A program made the translations under genes and the position numbers. From a virus (lineage: Duplodnaviria > Heunggongvirae > Uroviricota > Caudoviricetes): a stretch of DNA of 64,000 nucleotides. Of the stretch, positions 20,012 through 30,310 are shown one piece after another (positions within the stretch are counted from its first letter, which is position 1; each line of letters opens with the position of its first letter). Where the stretch lies: the IMG/VR virus record IMGVR_UViG_3300007735_000926, positions 69,683-133,682 of that record, one strand, 5' to 3'. The notes beneath the pieces are model-generated. The model did no database searches. It had not been told where the DNA came from and saw only the letters and a list, made by a program, of their open reading frames with translations.

Positions 20012-21841
20012 ATGGCGGGTATCGGCAGTTCAACAACACCATCTTCAAATAAACAGTATCAAGGGAGTGATGGAAAAGGCTCCACTTTTGATAGGAATAT
20101 GCAATCCTATTTGAAGAATCGTGGTAATTTTATTCAGCAAACTCCTGATGAGGCGAAAAATACAAAATATAAATATTTCCAAAAAATTGGATTACGCCGA
20201 CCTGAAGCAATTGCGAAGAACTCCGTAGCTCTCAACAATGACTGGAATGGCACTGCATTCTCTGCCATTTACCAAGACAAATCCTTCACGGATTTGATGT
20301 ATTCTCAAGCTTCCGAAGAAAAACCCGGTCGTCTTAGAGACTATCGTATGATCGCTGCTTATTCAGAAGTGGCCGATGCTTTGGATGAAGTTTGCGATGA
20401 AACCATCAATGTTGATGAAAATGGTGAAATCGTAACACTGGATTTTAGAAATACAGATTTAGATTCGGAGAAAAAGGAAGAGTTGCAAAAAGAATTTTCC
20501 CGTTTCATTTCCATGATGGAAATGGAGGACAATGGTTGGAATTACTTTAGACAATTTCTCGTTGAAGGAGAACTCTTTTTCGAATTGATCCTCAAAGATG
20601 ACTATATCAAACAAGGTGTTGTCGCGATTAAAAATCTTCCTGCTGACCAATTTGATCCTGTTTATGACAACATTCAAACGATGTTGGTCAAAGCATTCAT
20701 TTATAAAAAGCCAATATTTTCGAGTATTGATAATAGAAAAGTTGAACGCTACGAATATATTCCATTTGAAAAGAACCAAGTTCTGTATGTGAATAGCGGA
20801 CAATACAATGAAACTAAAGATTTCATCATTCCTTTTATTGAAAATTGTCGTAGAGCTTATAGGCAGCTTTCAATGATTGAAGATTCTGTGGTTATCCATA
20901 GAATGGTTCACGCCCCTCTTCGATTTTTGTTTAATGTGGATGTTGGTAGATTACCTGTCCCACAAGCTGAAGCATATCTGAGAAAATTACAATCTCAATA
21001 CTGGTCCACGAAGACTTTCGATTTGGATCAAAGTGATATTGTCAAAAAATACGCGCCACAATCCACTTTAGATTCTTTCTGGTTTGCAAAAAGACAAGGA
21101 CAAGAAGCGACAACGGTTGAAACATTTGGTGGTCAACCATCAGATGGTAATATGGATGTGCTGGATTGGTTCATCAAAAAACTTTATCGTTCTTTGAAGA
21201 CTCCTACTTCTCGTTTGAATAACGAGACAGGCTACAATGACGGGACGGAAATGCTTCGTGAAGAACTTAAATTCGCGAAGATGATCATTCGCCAACAACA
21301 AAGATTTGCTCAAGGTATTAAAAGAGCATTTATCACTCATCTCAAATTCAAGGAAATGTTTGATGAGTATGATCTTTTTGAAGATAATATTCGCGTGGAA
21401 TTCAATGTTCCAACGAATTTCTATGACATGAGAGAAAGTCAAAAGCTTCAACTTAAAATTGATACTTTCAGCAGCATCACAAATAGTGAATTTGTCTCCA
21501 AGACCTTCGCCATGAAAAAATATTTGGATTGGAAAGACTCAGATATTCTGGCTAATCGCCATTTCTTGAGAAATGAAGCGGAATTCTTATACGAAATTGA
21601 ACAAATTAAAGCCAATGGTCCTAATTGGAAAGAAATCGCAGCACAACAAGCTGAAGGTGCTGGGGGAGCAGGGAGCGATATGGGTGAATTAGGAGGCGGC
21701 GGTGGTGGCGGTATGCCTCCAGACTTCGGAGGTGCAGGAGCTACCGTAGGAGGTGGAGAAGCCGATATAGGTGGTGGAGAATCCGCTGATTTAGGAGGTG
21801 AAGCAGAAGCACCACCAGAAACAGAAGCTCCCGAAATTTAA
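20012..21841 (+). CDS. gp20: Portal protein (T4 gp20)
   Basis: YR.IA.YSEVADALDE, QLSMIEDSVVIHR..HAP.R.LF.VDVG.LP..AE.YL, FWFAKRQG, LYRSLKTP.SRL, REELKFAK. Confidence 0.95.
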   Translation: MAGIGSSTTPSSNKQYQGSDGKGSTFDRNMQSYLKNRGNFIQQTPDEAKNTKYKYFQKIGLRRPEAIAKNSVALNNDWNGTAFSAIYQDKSFTDLMYSQASEEKPGRLRDYRMIAAYSEVADALDEVCDETINVDENGEIVTLDFRNTDLDSEKKEELQKEFSRFISMMEMEDNGWNYFRQFLVEGELFFELILKDDYIKQGVVAIKNLPADQFDPVYDNIQTMLVKAFIYKKPIFSSIDNRKVERYEYIPFEKNQVLYVNSGQYNETKDFIIPFIENCRRAYRQLSMIEDSVVIHRMVHAPLRFLFNVDVGRLPVPQAEAYLRKLQSQYWSTKTFDLDQSDIVKKYAPQSTLDSFWFAKRQGQEATTVETFGGQPSDGNMDVLDWFIKKLYRSLKTPTSRLNNETGYNDGTEMLREELKFAKMIIRQQQRFAQGIKRAFITHLKFKEMFDEYDLFEDNIRVEFNVPTNFYDMRESQKLQLKIDTFSSITNSEFVSKTFAMKKYLDWKDSDILANRHFLRNEAEFLYEIEQIKANGPNWKEIAAQQAEGAGGAGSDMGELGGGGGGGMPPDFGGAGATVGGGEADIGGGESADLGGEAEAPPETEAPEI

Positions 21842-22512
21842 TTTAACGGGATATTGAAATTTCTGGCATATTCCTTTGATTTTTGATCAAAAGGATAAAT
21901 TGTCCCGTGCCATAAATATTCTTTTCCTTCTTCTATTGATCCAAGAGGGCGAACTTTCACCAACCATTCCCCCATATATTCTCCATGAGAATTTTTGAAT
22001 TTCAATTTACCAGCAAATTGTGAAAATGCGTCAGTCGATTCTTCCCATCTCCGCATGTAATCGTCCAATTGAGATTCATCATCTACAAAATTCTTCCAAT
22101 TCAATCGAAGTAATTCTTCCGATGTGGTAGCACATAAATGACAGTATGCTTCATTTACTTGAATATTCATTCCTCTTGAAGTAGTTCGGAAAGATGGTTT
22201 TGGATTCAACCAGAACATTGCCTCCACTTCAGCTTTTATAATCTTTAAAGAATCCTTCATGGAACCTCCACCATTTGGGGAAATTTCATATTCAACATTT
22301 TTTAAACGTGTATCTAAATTATCAATACCTGATTTGATTTTTTGTAAAATCTCCGGTATTTCATGTTTAGATTTAGAATAAACCTTATGTCGTTGATATC
22401 TGTTAGTAATAAATTTTTTTATTTTTTTGAAAAAAATTAAAAAAGTGCTCACTATTCCAAAAATAATTGAAATAGGTTGAGCGTTTTGTATTATAAAAAA
22501 CCATAAGTCCAT
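21838..22512 (-). CDS. Membrane-anchored PAS-domain protein (holin-like candidate; start revised to MDLWFF)
   Basis: N-terminal hydrophobic helix, coiled coil ending PNGGGSMKD, PAS-like VNEAYCHLCATTSEELLRLNWKNFV. Confidence 0.5.
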   Translation of the reverse strand: MDLWFFIIQNAQPISIIFGIVSTFLIFFKKIKKFITNRYQRHKVYSKSKHEIPEILQKIKSGIDNLDTRLKNVEYEISPNGGGSMKDSLKIIKAEVEAMFWLNPKPSFRTTSRGMNIQVNEAYCHLCATTSEELLRLNWKNFVDDESQLDDYMRRWEESTDAFSQFAGKLKFKNSHGEYMGEWLVKVRPLGSIEEGKEYLWHGTIYPFDQKSKEYARNFNIPLN

Positions 22513-22520
22513 AATATTAT

Positions 22521-22817
22521 TTATCCGCAGAAGCTGACACAATTTAACGCAGAACTATAATAAAATTTAGTGCCGTTATTGGATAATGAGGACCAACCAG
22601 TATCAGTCGATTTATTACACACATAAAAGTAATATTGATTACCATTATTGGCAGATGGTTGCGTGAAAACGGTGCTCTGCCCCCAAAGTATAAAGTCGTT
22701 GGAGGAGATATAATAATATTTAGAACTATTGTTATTATTAGGATTCCAACCTGAAACGGTGGGAACGCCACAAGAAAGTTGATAATAAACAGAACTATTA
22801 TTGGATTCAAATGCCAT
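22521..22817 (-). CDS. Small Asn/Ser/Tyr-rich late protein
   Basis: TAAATA-N5-ATG (22823-22828, minus); back-to-back with the gp13 promoter. Confidence 0.55.
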   Translation of the reverse strand: MAFESNNSSVYYQLSCGVPTVSGWNPNNNNSSKYYYISSNDFILWGQSTVFTQPSANNGNQYYFYVCNKSTDTGWSSLSNNGTKFYYSSALNCVSFCG

Positions 22818-22845
22818 ATTACTATTTAGTATATTAAATAATTCT

Positions 22846-23988
22846 ATGAGTCTTTGTCAAATCGAACCAATTTCAGCTTTCATGTCTACTAATCTCAATT
22901 CAAAAATTGAGTGTTATCAACGTTTAGGTGAAAGAATTTTGAGACTTTTGGGTCATCCAATGATCAATGTGGAATTACATTATGATCAACTTCACGAGGC
23001 GATTTCGATGGCAATAGATTATTTCACGAAATATGCAGGATATTCAAAAGAATATGTTATTTTTGATAGCCGATTGTATGATGGTAATAAAGGTATTCGA
23101 CTTGATACTTTATTCACTGTTGCAAATTCTGGATATACGCCATCTGAAAAATTGAATGATAAAAAAATTGGGCCTAATCCTGATTATGAGATTAAAATAC
23201 CTGAGAGTCTTTATGTATCTCTTTCGACAATTCCAAATTCTTATTTTGCTTCGTCTTCCGCTTTGAGTGCTGTGGTACCATCTGATGGTATATCTTCGAT
23301 GCAAATCATAGATAAAGCAACATACAATTCTTTGATTGCATTTGATGCATCATTAAGCTCTTTATTCCAAGAATCATATCAAAAACCTTTCACTATTCAA
23401 TGTGAACCCAAAGAAGATGTGCAATCATTCAACAATATGTTTGACTATGACATCATGGATTATAGAAAAGTTGTCGATGTCATCTCATTTGAGGAAGGAT
23501 CAACAACTGGTGTCAACACATTATTCTCAGTTGAACAAACAATGGCACAGCAATCATATCATGCATATTCTCTTGGAAATTATGGTTTTGATATATTGTC
23601 TTGGCACACTGTAAAGGATTGGATAGACACAAGAGAAAAAATGTTTGCTACAAGAAGAGACATTTATTTTGATCCGAGAACACAATATTTACGCTTGATA
23701 CCTCAACCAAAAAATACCACATTCTATGGTTTGTTGGAATGTTATGTTGAAAAACCACTTAGAGATTTGGTGAAAGAAAAATGGGTTCTGGATTATTCCA
23801 CTGCTCTTTGCAAAGTTATGTGGGGTAGAATTCTCACAAAAATCACTGGAGTCAGTTTACCCGGTGGTGGATCTATAAATGGTGATGCTATTTTATCAGA
23901 AGGCGTTACAGAGAAGAAGGAACTTGAACAATTCTTAATTGAAGGTGGATATGGCGATTTCGATCCCCTATCTTTCATGGTCATGTAA
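22846..23988 (+). CDS. gp13: Neck protein (T4 gp13-like; start revised to MSLCQ)
   Basis: LGHPMINVEL..DQL.EAI..AIDYF, WG.IL.K..GV.LPGG..ING..I..EG..E...LE. Confidence 0.85.
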   Translation: MSLCQIEPISAFMSTNLNSKIECYQRLGERILRLLGHPMINVELHYDQLHEAISMAIDYFTKYAGYSKEYVIFDSRLYDGNKGIRLDTLFTVANSGYTPSEKLNDKKIGPNPDYEIKIPESLYVSLSTIPNSYFASSSALSAVVPSDGISSMQIIDKATYNSLIAFDASLSSLFQESYQKPFTIQCEPKEDVQSFNNMFDYDIMDYRKVVDVISFEEGSTTGVNTLFSVEQTMAQQSYHAYSLGNYGFDILSWHTVKDWIDTREKMFATRRDIYFDPRTQYLRLIPQPKNTTFYGLLECYVEKPLRDLVKEKWVLDYSTALCKVMWGRILTKITGVSLPGGGSINGDAILSEGVTEKKELEQFLIEGGYGDFDPLSFMVM

Positions 23989-24026
23989 AAAATCTAAATC
24001 ACCTTAACTTTATACTAAATAAATAT

Positions 24027-24749
24027 ATGTTAATTAATGTATATTTAGATATTAATCCAATAACCAAAAAACCTTTCTATGTAGGTATAGGTACAAATGC
24101 GAGAGTTCAGCATATAAAAAGAAATAAATTACACACAGAATTGGTGGAAACTTTTCCAAACAGAGAATTCAAAAGAATAGTAATTTATAAGAATATACCA
24201 GAATATAAAGCATATCGAATAGAAAAACAAATAATAAAAAGATGTGGTAAATTGGTGGATTGTAGTGGATACTTGACAAATATATTAGATGGAGGAGACG
24301 AAGCTAATTTAAGTAAGACTGGTCATTATAGAAGAGGTAAAAGGTGTCCTGAAATATCTACTCGTCAAACAGGAAAATCCATGAAAGAACGGATTGGGAA
24401 CTCTGAATGGGAAGACCCAAGAAAAGGGAAAACTGTGGGTGAAATATATGGTGATGGCTATATTCATCCAAGGAAAGGAAAAAAACTGAAGGAATATAAA
24501 CCAAAAACATATATAGAACCAAAATCGAAACCATTTAAAATTATTATAAATGACAAAGATGTGCTATATTTCACATCAGAGAGTGATTTTATCCAAAGAA
24601 CAAAACTGACATCACCAATGTTGTGTAAAATGAAAAGAATCGGTAATCATGTTATTAAAAAATTATCAAATTCCACACATATATTTGAAAATAATGATTA
24701 TTTGGAATATTTTCCAATTACATTCGAAGAATACAGGAATTGCAATTGA
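24027..24749 (+). mobile_element. Free-standing GIY-YIG-like homing endonuclease
   Basis: INVYLD.NP.TKKPFYVGIG..AR, E..A..IEK.II, LTNI..GG, followed by basic NUMOD-like repeats. Confidence 0.65.
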
Positions 24750-24777
24750 CATAATACACATTTGACTAAATATAAAA

Positions 24778-27700
24778 ATGAGACTGTTTAGCGAAGAGGT
24801 GAAAATTACCTCGTCTAACTCTCCTCGGAATATCCTTCAGGTTAAAGATTTTCAAGAAGTCTTTTTCGGTGTTTTTGAGGTGCAGATAAACGAAAATAAA
24901 TATGTGGCCGAAAAGATTTCTGAGGAAAACGGAAATCCGATTATTTCTGTTGTTGTTGAAGATGGTGACACCATAGCACAATACCCATTCCTACTTTTAA
25001 AGGGAAATCAAGAAATTTATTTCAATTCGGAAAGCGAACCAGTCGAAATTTTTGAATCTAATATCAAAATTGAAGAAGATGACATTGATCAAGAAATAAC
25101 ACAAATTGTTGAACAATCTTTTGATAATGTTGAAGTTATAGAGGATAGAAAACAAGAAATTATCGAAGAAATAAAGAGAGTAAAGAGAGATGCTATTAAG
25201 AAGTCTCTGGAAATTCTTGAAGAGAGTAAATCTAGGAAAATTCAAAATATCAAAAACGAGACCAAGAAAAAGGAAAAAGCTCTCGCAAAATATTTGGAAT
25301 CAGCTAGAGAAAATTTGGTGGATGAATTCACGAATATATCTGAAAAAATTAAAAAGGAATTAATTTTTAATAATGATGATAAATTGGATGAAATTCGTGA
25401 AAGTGTCGATCTCAAAATTAAAGATATTGCCGATCAATTAAATGAATCACTCAAAAATAATTTCAAAAATTCTTCCAAGCTGATCGATAAATCTGTCAAA
25501 CAATTGGTAAAAGAATTGTATGAAAGCAATATCAATCCAAAGGTTGATAAAGAATTAAAAAATATTGCAGAAGAAATTGTTGATAAAGTATCAGAAATTG
25601 ATAAAAATCTCAATGATAAATTAAACGAAAAGGCGAATGTTTCTCTAATTGAAAGTGTCAATAAGGAATTGGATGCAATTCGTGACGCAAATATCGAATT
25701 GAACAATTCTTTGAACAAAGGTGTTCAAAAAGCATTGTCCAGAGTTGGTAATATTGATAAGAAAATCATAGATATTTCTGAAAAATTTGATGAAAAATTA
25801 TCAAATGCTGAACAAGAAATTACGCAATATTTTGATGAAAGGATATCCTTAATCAAGGAAGAAACCCTCGATATCACAGATGAAGCGAGAAATTATTTTC
25901 ACAATCTTATTCAAGAAAGTAAACAAAATTTACTGTCTGAAATAAGAAAAATTAAAAATGAAAAACCTGTCGAATATATTTTAGAATCTAAAAAAGGTGA
26001 GCCAATTGTTAAAGATTGGACGACCATTGAAAAAGATTGGGATAAAAAAATTCACGATAAATTCGAAAATTATAAAACAGATTTAAGAAAATATATCTCC
26101 GTTTATGCTTCTGGTGGTGGAACAAATGCCACTCAATATCAAAATGGTGGTGTAATGAACGGTAATCTCACTGTGCTGGGTTCTATTTCAGCTAGTCAAT
26201 ATCTTGGTATTCAAGGTGGACTAACAGGAGATTATCTACCACTATCTGGTGGAACTGTTTCTGGTAATTTAGCAGTATCTGGATTGCTGTCCGCTAACCG
26301 TATCGCATTTAACACTGGCGCAAATTTAACAGCGGGAGTTGGTCAATTAACTTGGAATAATTCAGATGGCACTCTCGATCTTGGTCTTAAAGGTGGTAGC
26401 GTCATCTTACAAATTGGACAAGATACGGTTGCTAGAGTTGTTAACAAAACGGGAGGTGATGTTCTCAAATCACAATATCAGGTTGTTCGTATTCGTTCAA
26501 CAGCTGAAGGTGGTTCTCAAGGTCAACGGTTGGCTATTGTTTTAGCTCAAGGAAATAATGATCCCAACAGCATCGATACAATAGGTCTTGTGGCTGAAGA
26601 TATTTCAACCAATCAAGAAGGATTTGTCACAACAAATGGCGTTGTTCATAACATCAACACTACCGGTTCTCTTCAAGGTGAAACTTGGAGTGATGGTGAT
26701 GTTCTTTATGTTTCACCTACAACTGCTGGTGTTTTAACGAATGTTAAGCCACAAGCTCCAAATCATACCATCGTTGTTGGTTTTGTTATTTATGCTCATC
26801 AAAACCAAGGTAAGATTTTCGTCAAAGTTGATAATGGATATGAACTGAACGAACTTCACAATGTCAGAATCAACGGAGTGGCCAATAATGATGTATTGGT
26901 ATACGATAGCTTGTCTTCCGTATGGAAAAATTCCAACAGTCTCAACGTCAATGGACTATCTGCAAATAGAATTTTTACTACTCAGTTGGATGCTATTTCC
27001 GCGAACATCTCAATTATCGACATCAAGCAATATGAGCTTTCTGGTTTCAATGTTACTGGAAATTGCACAGTTCAGGGTAGTGTTAGCTCTAACGATGCCA
27101 TCTATGGTACAAATCTTGTTTATACATCAACATTAGCTGCTCTATCAACAAATTGGGATAATACATTCAATACTGTATCAAGCCTTTCTTCAAATTGGCA
27201 AACTTCCTATACTACACTTTCCACAAAAGCTAACTTAATAGGAGGTAATTTATTCTCTGGAACACAAACACTTAACGGGATGTTAAGTTCTAACAATGCC
27301 ATGTATGGCACAAATCTTGTTTATAATACTGGTGATCAGACAATTTCTGGAGCAAAAACATTTACTGATACTATATCTGGAGGCTCGTCACTTAGAGTTT
27401 ATGGTGCTATTCAGACTACTAATGGTAATTTATATCTACCAAATACTGGATCGACATTCTTTGGTATAAGATCAAAAATTTCAGCTGCTGCTGACGGGAC
27501 CATCAATTTTAGAAACTTTGCTGATACAGCATATGTCCCGCTTTCAGCTTCAAACTTAGTTTATCTCAATGGCAATACACTAGGATCTGATCTCACTATC
27601 GGAACCAATGACAATTACAACTTGAATCTTGAGACTGGTAATGTGACTAGAATGACCATTTTGAGTTCAGGAGATGTAACTATCAATAACAATGCTACGA

Positions 27701-28614
27701 TTGTTGGAAATTTAAGCACTAGTTCAGTATTGTTAAGTACAAAAGATGCTTCAAATCCGGGTATATACTTTGTAGGTAGATCAGCACAAAATTCACCACC
27801 ATCAATCACTCAAAACTCTAGTGATAACTTACTTATAACAGCAGCATTAGGTACAGGTAAAACAATAGATATTGGCTCCGCTAGTAATATACTTAGTATG
27901 AGAGCTGTTGGTCTTATCATAACGTTTGCAAACGGATCTACTGGCATTACTACAGATGGTGTTAATAACGTTTTAGCTTTAAGAAATCCTCAGAGTACTA
28001 CAACTAATTTAGTTTCCCAAGAATTTAGAATTTACAACACTTACACTTCAGCTACATCAGCTGAACGAACAGCATTCAAGTATATTAACAATGATTTTGT
28101 AATCAGCACAGAATCATTACCACTATCTGCTCCACAGCGTAACATGCTGTTCCAGACAGCTAGTGCTACGAGAATGACTATCTTGAGTTCTGGTGAAGTT
28201 GGTATTGGTTCCAATACATTACCCTCATCTATTTTAGACATAAATGACAGTTCAGCCTCATCTAAAAATGTGGTATTGACTTTACGTAATGGTAATTTTG
28301 GTTGGTGGAAACTTATATCGTCTAATAGTAATAATTCAGGTAAATTATCATTTTCAAGTGGAAATACAGCACAGACACCTCTAGTTTTAGATGGTGGGGG
28401 TAACGTTGGTATTGGAACATCCACACCTAATGAAAAGCTTACTGTAGCTGGTAATCTTAGTGCTACAGGAACTGTAATAGCTGCTGGACTGAGTTCAACA
28501 AGTGATATTGAAATTACAGATTTCACTAAAGGTGTAATCTTAAAATCACCTGATAACTCTCGTTGGAGACTTACAGTTACCAACACAGGAGCTTTATCAA
28601 CAACCAAGCTATAA
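24778..28614 (+). CDS. Large fibre/structural protein (charged coiled-coil N-terminus, SGGG hinge, Gly/Ser/Thr-rich fibre C-terminus)
   Basis: 1278 aa; NVGIGTSTPNEKLTVAGN and MTILSSG.VGIG repeats typical of phage fibres; TAAATA-N5-ATG. Confidence 0.7.
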   Translation: MRLFSEEVKITSSNSPRNILQVKDFQEVFFGVFEVQINENKYVAEKISEENGNPIISVVVEDGDTIAQYPFLLLKGNQEIYFNSESEPVEIFESNIKIEEDDIDQEITQIVEQSFDNVEVIEDRKQEIIEEIKRVKRDAIKKSLEILEESKSRKIQNIKNETKKKEKALAKYLESARENLVDEFTNISEKIKKELIFNNDDKLDEIRESVDLKIKDIADQLNESLKNNFKNSSKLIDKSVKQLVKELYESNINPKVDKELKNIAEEIVDKVSEIDKNLNDKLNEKANVSLIESVNKELDAIRDANIELNNSLNKGVQKALSRVGNIDKKIIDISEKFDEKLSNAEQEITQYFDERISLIKEETLDITDEARNYFHNLIQESKQNLLSEIRKIKNEKPVEYILESKKGEPIVKDWTTIEKDWDKKIHDKFENYKTDLRKYISVYASGGGTNATQYQNGGVMNGNLTVLGSISASQYLGIQGGLTGDYLPLSGGTVSGNLAVSGLLSANRIAFNTGANLTAGVGQLTWNNSDGTLDLGLKGGSVILQIGQDTVARVVNKTGGDVLKSQYQVVRIRSTAEGGSQGQRLAIVLAQGNNDPNSIDTIGLVAEDISTNQEGFVTTNGVVHNINTTGSLQGETWSDGDVLYVSPTTAGVLTNVKPQAPNHTIVVGFVIYAHQNQGKIFVKVDNGYELNELHNVRINGVANNDVLVYDSLSSVWKNSNSLNVNGLSANRIFTTQLDAISANISIIDIKQYELSGFNVTGNCTVQGSVSSNDAIYGTNLVYTSTLAALSTNWDNTFNTVSSLSSNWQTSYTTLSTKANLIGGNLFSGTQTLNGMLSSNNAMYGTNLVYNTGDQTISGAKTFTDTISGGSSLRVYGAIQTTNGNLYLPNTGSTFFGIRSKISAAADGTINFRNFADTAYVPLSASNLVYLNGNTLGSDLTIGTNDNYNLNLETGNVTRMTILSSGDVTINNNATIVGNLSTSSVLLSTKDASNPGIYFVGRSAQNSPPSITQNSSDNLLITAALGTGKTIDIGSASNILSMRAVGLIITFANGSTGITTDGVNNVLALRNPQSTTTNLVSQEFRIYNTYTSATSAERTAFKYINNDFVISTESLPLSAPQRNMLFQTASATRMTILSSGEVGIGSNTLPSSILDINDSSASSKNVVLTLRNGNFGWWKLISSNSNNSGKLSFSSGNTAQTPLVLDGGGNVGIGTSTPNEKLTVAGNLSATGTVIAAGLSSTSDIEITDFTKGVILKSPDNSRWRLTVTNTGALSTTKL

Positions 28615-28617
28615 TTT

Positions 28618-29457
28618 ATGCCATTAACAGCATTAACATCGAATACATACGACTTCTTTTATACAACCACAACAGCTACAGATGCTGTATCAGCTGGTGT
28701 TGGTGTGTGGACATGGAATATTCCCGCTGGAGCTAAACTATTGAATATCGAAATGGTTGGTGGTGGAGGAGGTGGAGGCTCTGGTATGAAGGGTATTATT
28801 GGCACTGCTCGATATGGAGGAGGTGGTGGAGCAGGTAGTGCTAGATTAATCAAAGATGTAGTAGTTGCTTCTTTATCATCAACAACTTTAACAATAACAG
28901 TTGGTTTAGGAGGCGCTGGTGGTGCTGCTAGAACTGTAAATAGTATTGGCAGTAATGGTAGTCCGGGCACTGCTAGTGAAATATCAGCAGGTGCTACTAT
29001 TATTGCTCGTTCTGGTTGGACTAATAACGGAACGACTGTAACAGCTGTTGGTGGACAAAACGGAAGTGCTGGCCAGTCTGGAAGCGGCACCGGCGGTGCC
29101 GCTCGATCTGGTCAATATGTAGCTAACACAGCAGGAATTAATGCAGCGATTCCAAATGCTAATGCTCCAGCAACTACATTTGCTTGTGCTGGGGGAGCAT
29201 CTGGTGGAGGTATTGATGCTTTGGATGTAGCTTATGTCGGTGGTATTGGTTATGGTGGGGGAGGGACTGGCGGAGCAGCAAGCACAACAGGAAATGCTGG
29301 GAACGGTGGAGATGCTACTGCTACATTGATTGGAAATGGAAATATACTAGGCAATTACGGAAATGGTGGTGGAGGGGGAGGAGCCAGTTCAATTGGCAAC
29401 TCAGGAGCGGGTGGTAAAGGTGGAGACGGAGCAGTCCGTATCAGAGTATACTATTAA
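28618..29457 (+). CDS. Glycine-rich domain protein, paralogue 1 (adhesin-like)
   Basis: W.W.IP.GA....IEMVGGGGGGGSG ... GAGG.GGDGAVRIRVYY. Confidence 0.7.
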   Translation: MPLTALTSNTYDFFYTTTTATDAVSAGVGVWTWNIPAGAKLLNIEMVGGGGGGGSGMKGIIGTARYGGGGGAGSARLIKDVVVASLSSTTLTITVGLGGAGGAARTVNSIGSNGSPGTASEISAGATIIARSGWTNNGTTVTAVGGQNGSAGQSGSGTGGAARSGQYVANTAGINAAIPNANAPATTFACAGGASGGGIDALDVAYVGGIGYGGGGTGGAASTTGNAGNGGDATATLIGNGNILGNYGNGGGGGGASSIGNSGAGGKGGDGAVRIRVYY

Positions 29458-29465
29458 ATATTTTT

Positions 29466-30302
29466 ATGCCATTACAAGCACTATCAGTAGAATCATACGA
29501 TTTTTATTATACTACGACAACCTCAAATGCTGTATCAGCAGGAGCAGGTGTGTGGACGTGGACTATACCAAGTGGAGCAGCTAGCATTATGATAGAAGCT
29601 GTCGCTGGTGGTGGAGGTGGAGGTTCAGGTAAAAGAGGTGGTTCTGGAGATAGATATGGTGGTGGAGGTGGAGCAGGAAGTGCTAGAACATTTAAGAGTG
29701 TTGTTGTAAATAGCTTATCATCTACCGTCTTAACTATCAGAGTCGGAAAAGGTGGAACAGGCGGTGCTGCCGTTACAATTAATGATACAGACGGAAATGC
29801 TGGTCAACAAGGAGGAGCCACATCAATACTAGCAGGAGCGACCCCTGTATGTTACGCTCAATGGAACCAAGCAGGCACTTCGATAGGATCTCTTGGCGGA
29901 TCTGGTGGAACAGCTACAGCAGGAACAGGTGGATATTTTTCAATTGGACAATTTGCTGGACAAGCAGGGTTAAATGCTAGTTTAGTTGGTGGCAACATAT
30001 CTTCATCTTCAGCTACAGTTGCATGTGCTGGTGGAGCATCTGGTGGTTGTATTAACGCTGCTAACACTATTATCGCTGCTGGTATTGGATATGGAAAAAG
30101 CGGTTCAGGTGGAGCAGCAAGCACAACAACAAATGCTGTTAGTGGTGGTTCTGGAAACGGCCCAACTGGTGGTATTACATTTGGAATAGGTGGGTCGTAT
30201 GGCACAGGTGGCGGTGGAGGAGGAGCTAGTGTCAATGGCTTTAACTCAGGAGCAGGTGGGGACGGTTTTGATGGAGCCGTTAGAATAACAGTTTTTTATT
30301 AA
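29466..30302 (+). CDS. Glycine-rich domain protein, paralogue 2
   Basis: Same N- and C-terminal blocks as paralogues 1 and 3; own TAAATA-N5-ATG. Confidence 0.7.
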   Translation: MPLQALSVESYDFYYTTTTSNAVSAGAGVWTWTIPSGAASIMIEAVAGGGGGGSGKRGGSGDRYGGGGGAGSARTFKSVVVNSLSSTVLTIRVGKGGTGGAAVTINDTDGNAGQQGGATSILAGATPVCYAQWNQAGTSIGSLGGSGGTATAGTGGYFSIGQFAGQAGLNASLVGGNISSSSATVACAGGASGGCINAANTIIAAGIGYGKSGSGGAASTTTNAVSGGSGNGPTGGITFGIGGSYGTGGGGGGASVNGFNSGAGGDGFDGAVRITVFY

Positions 30303-30310
30303 TTACACAT

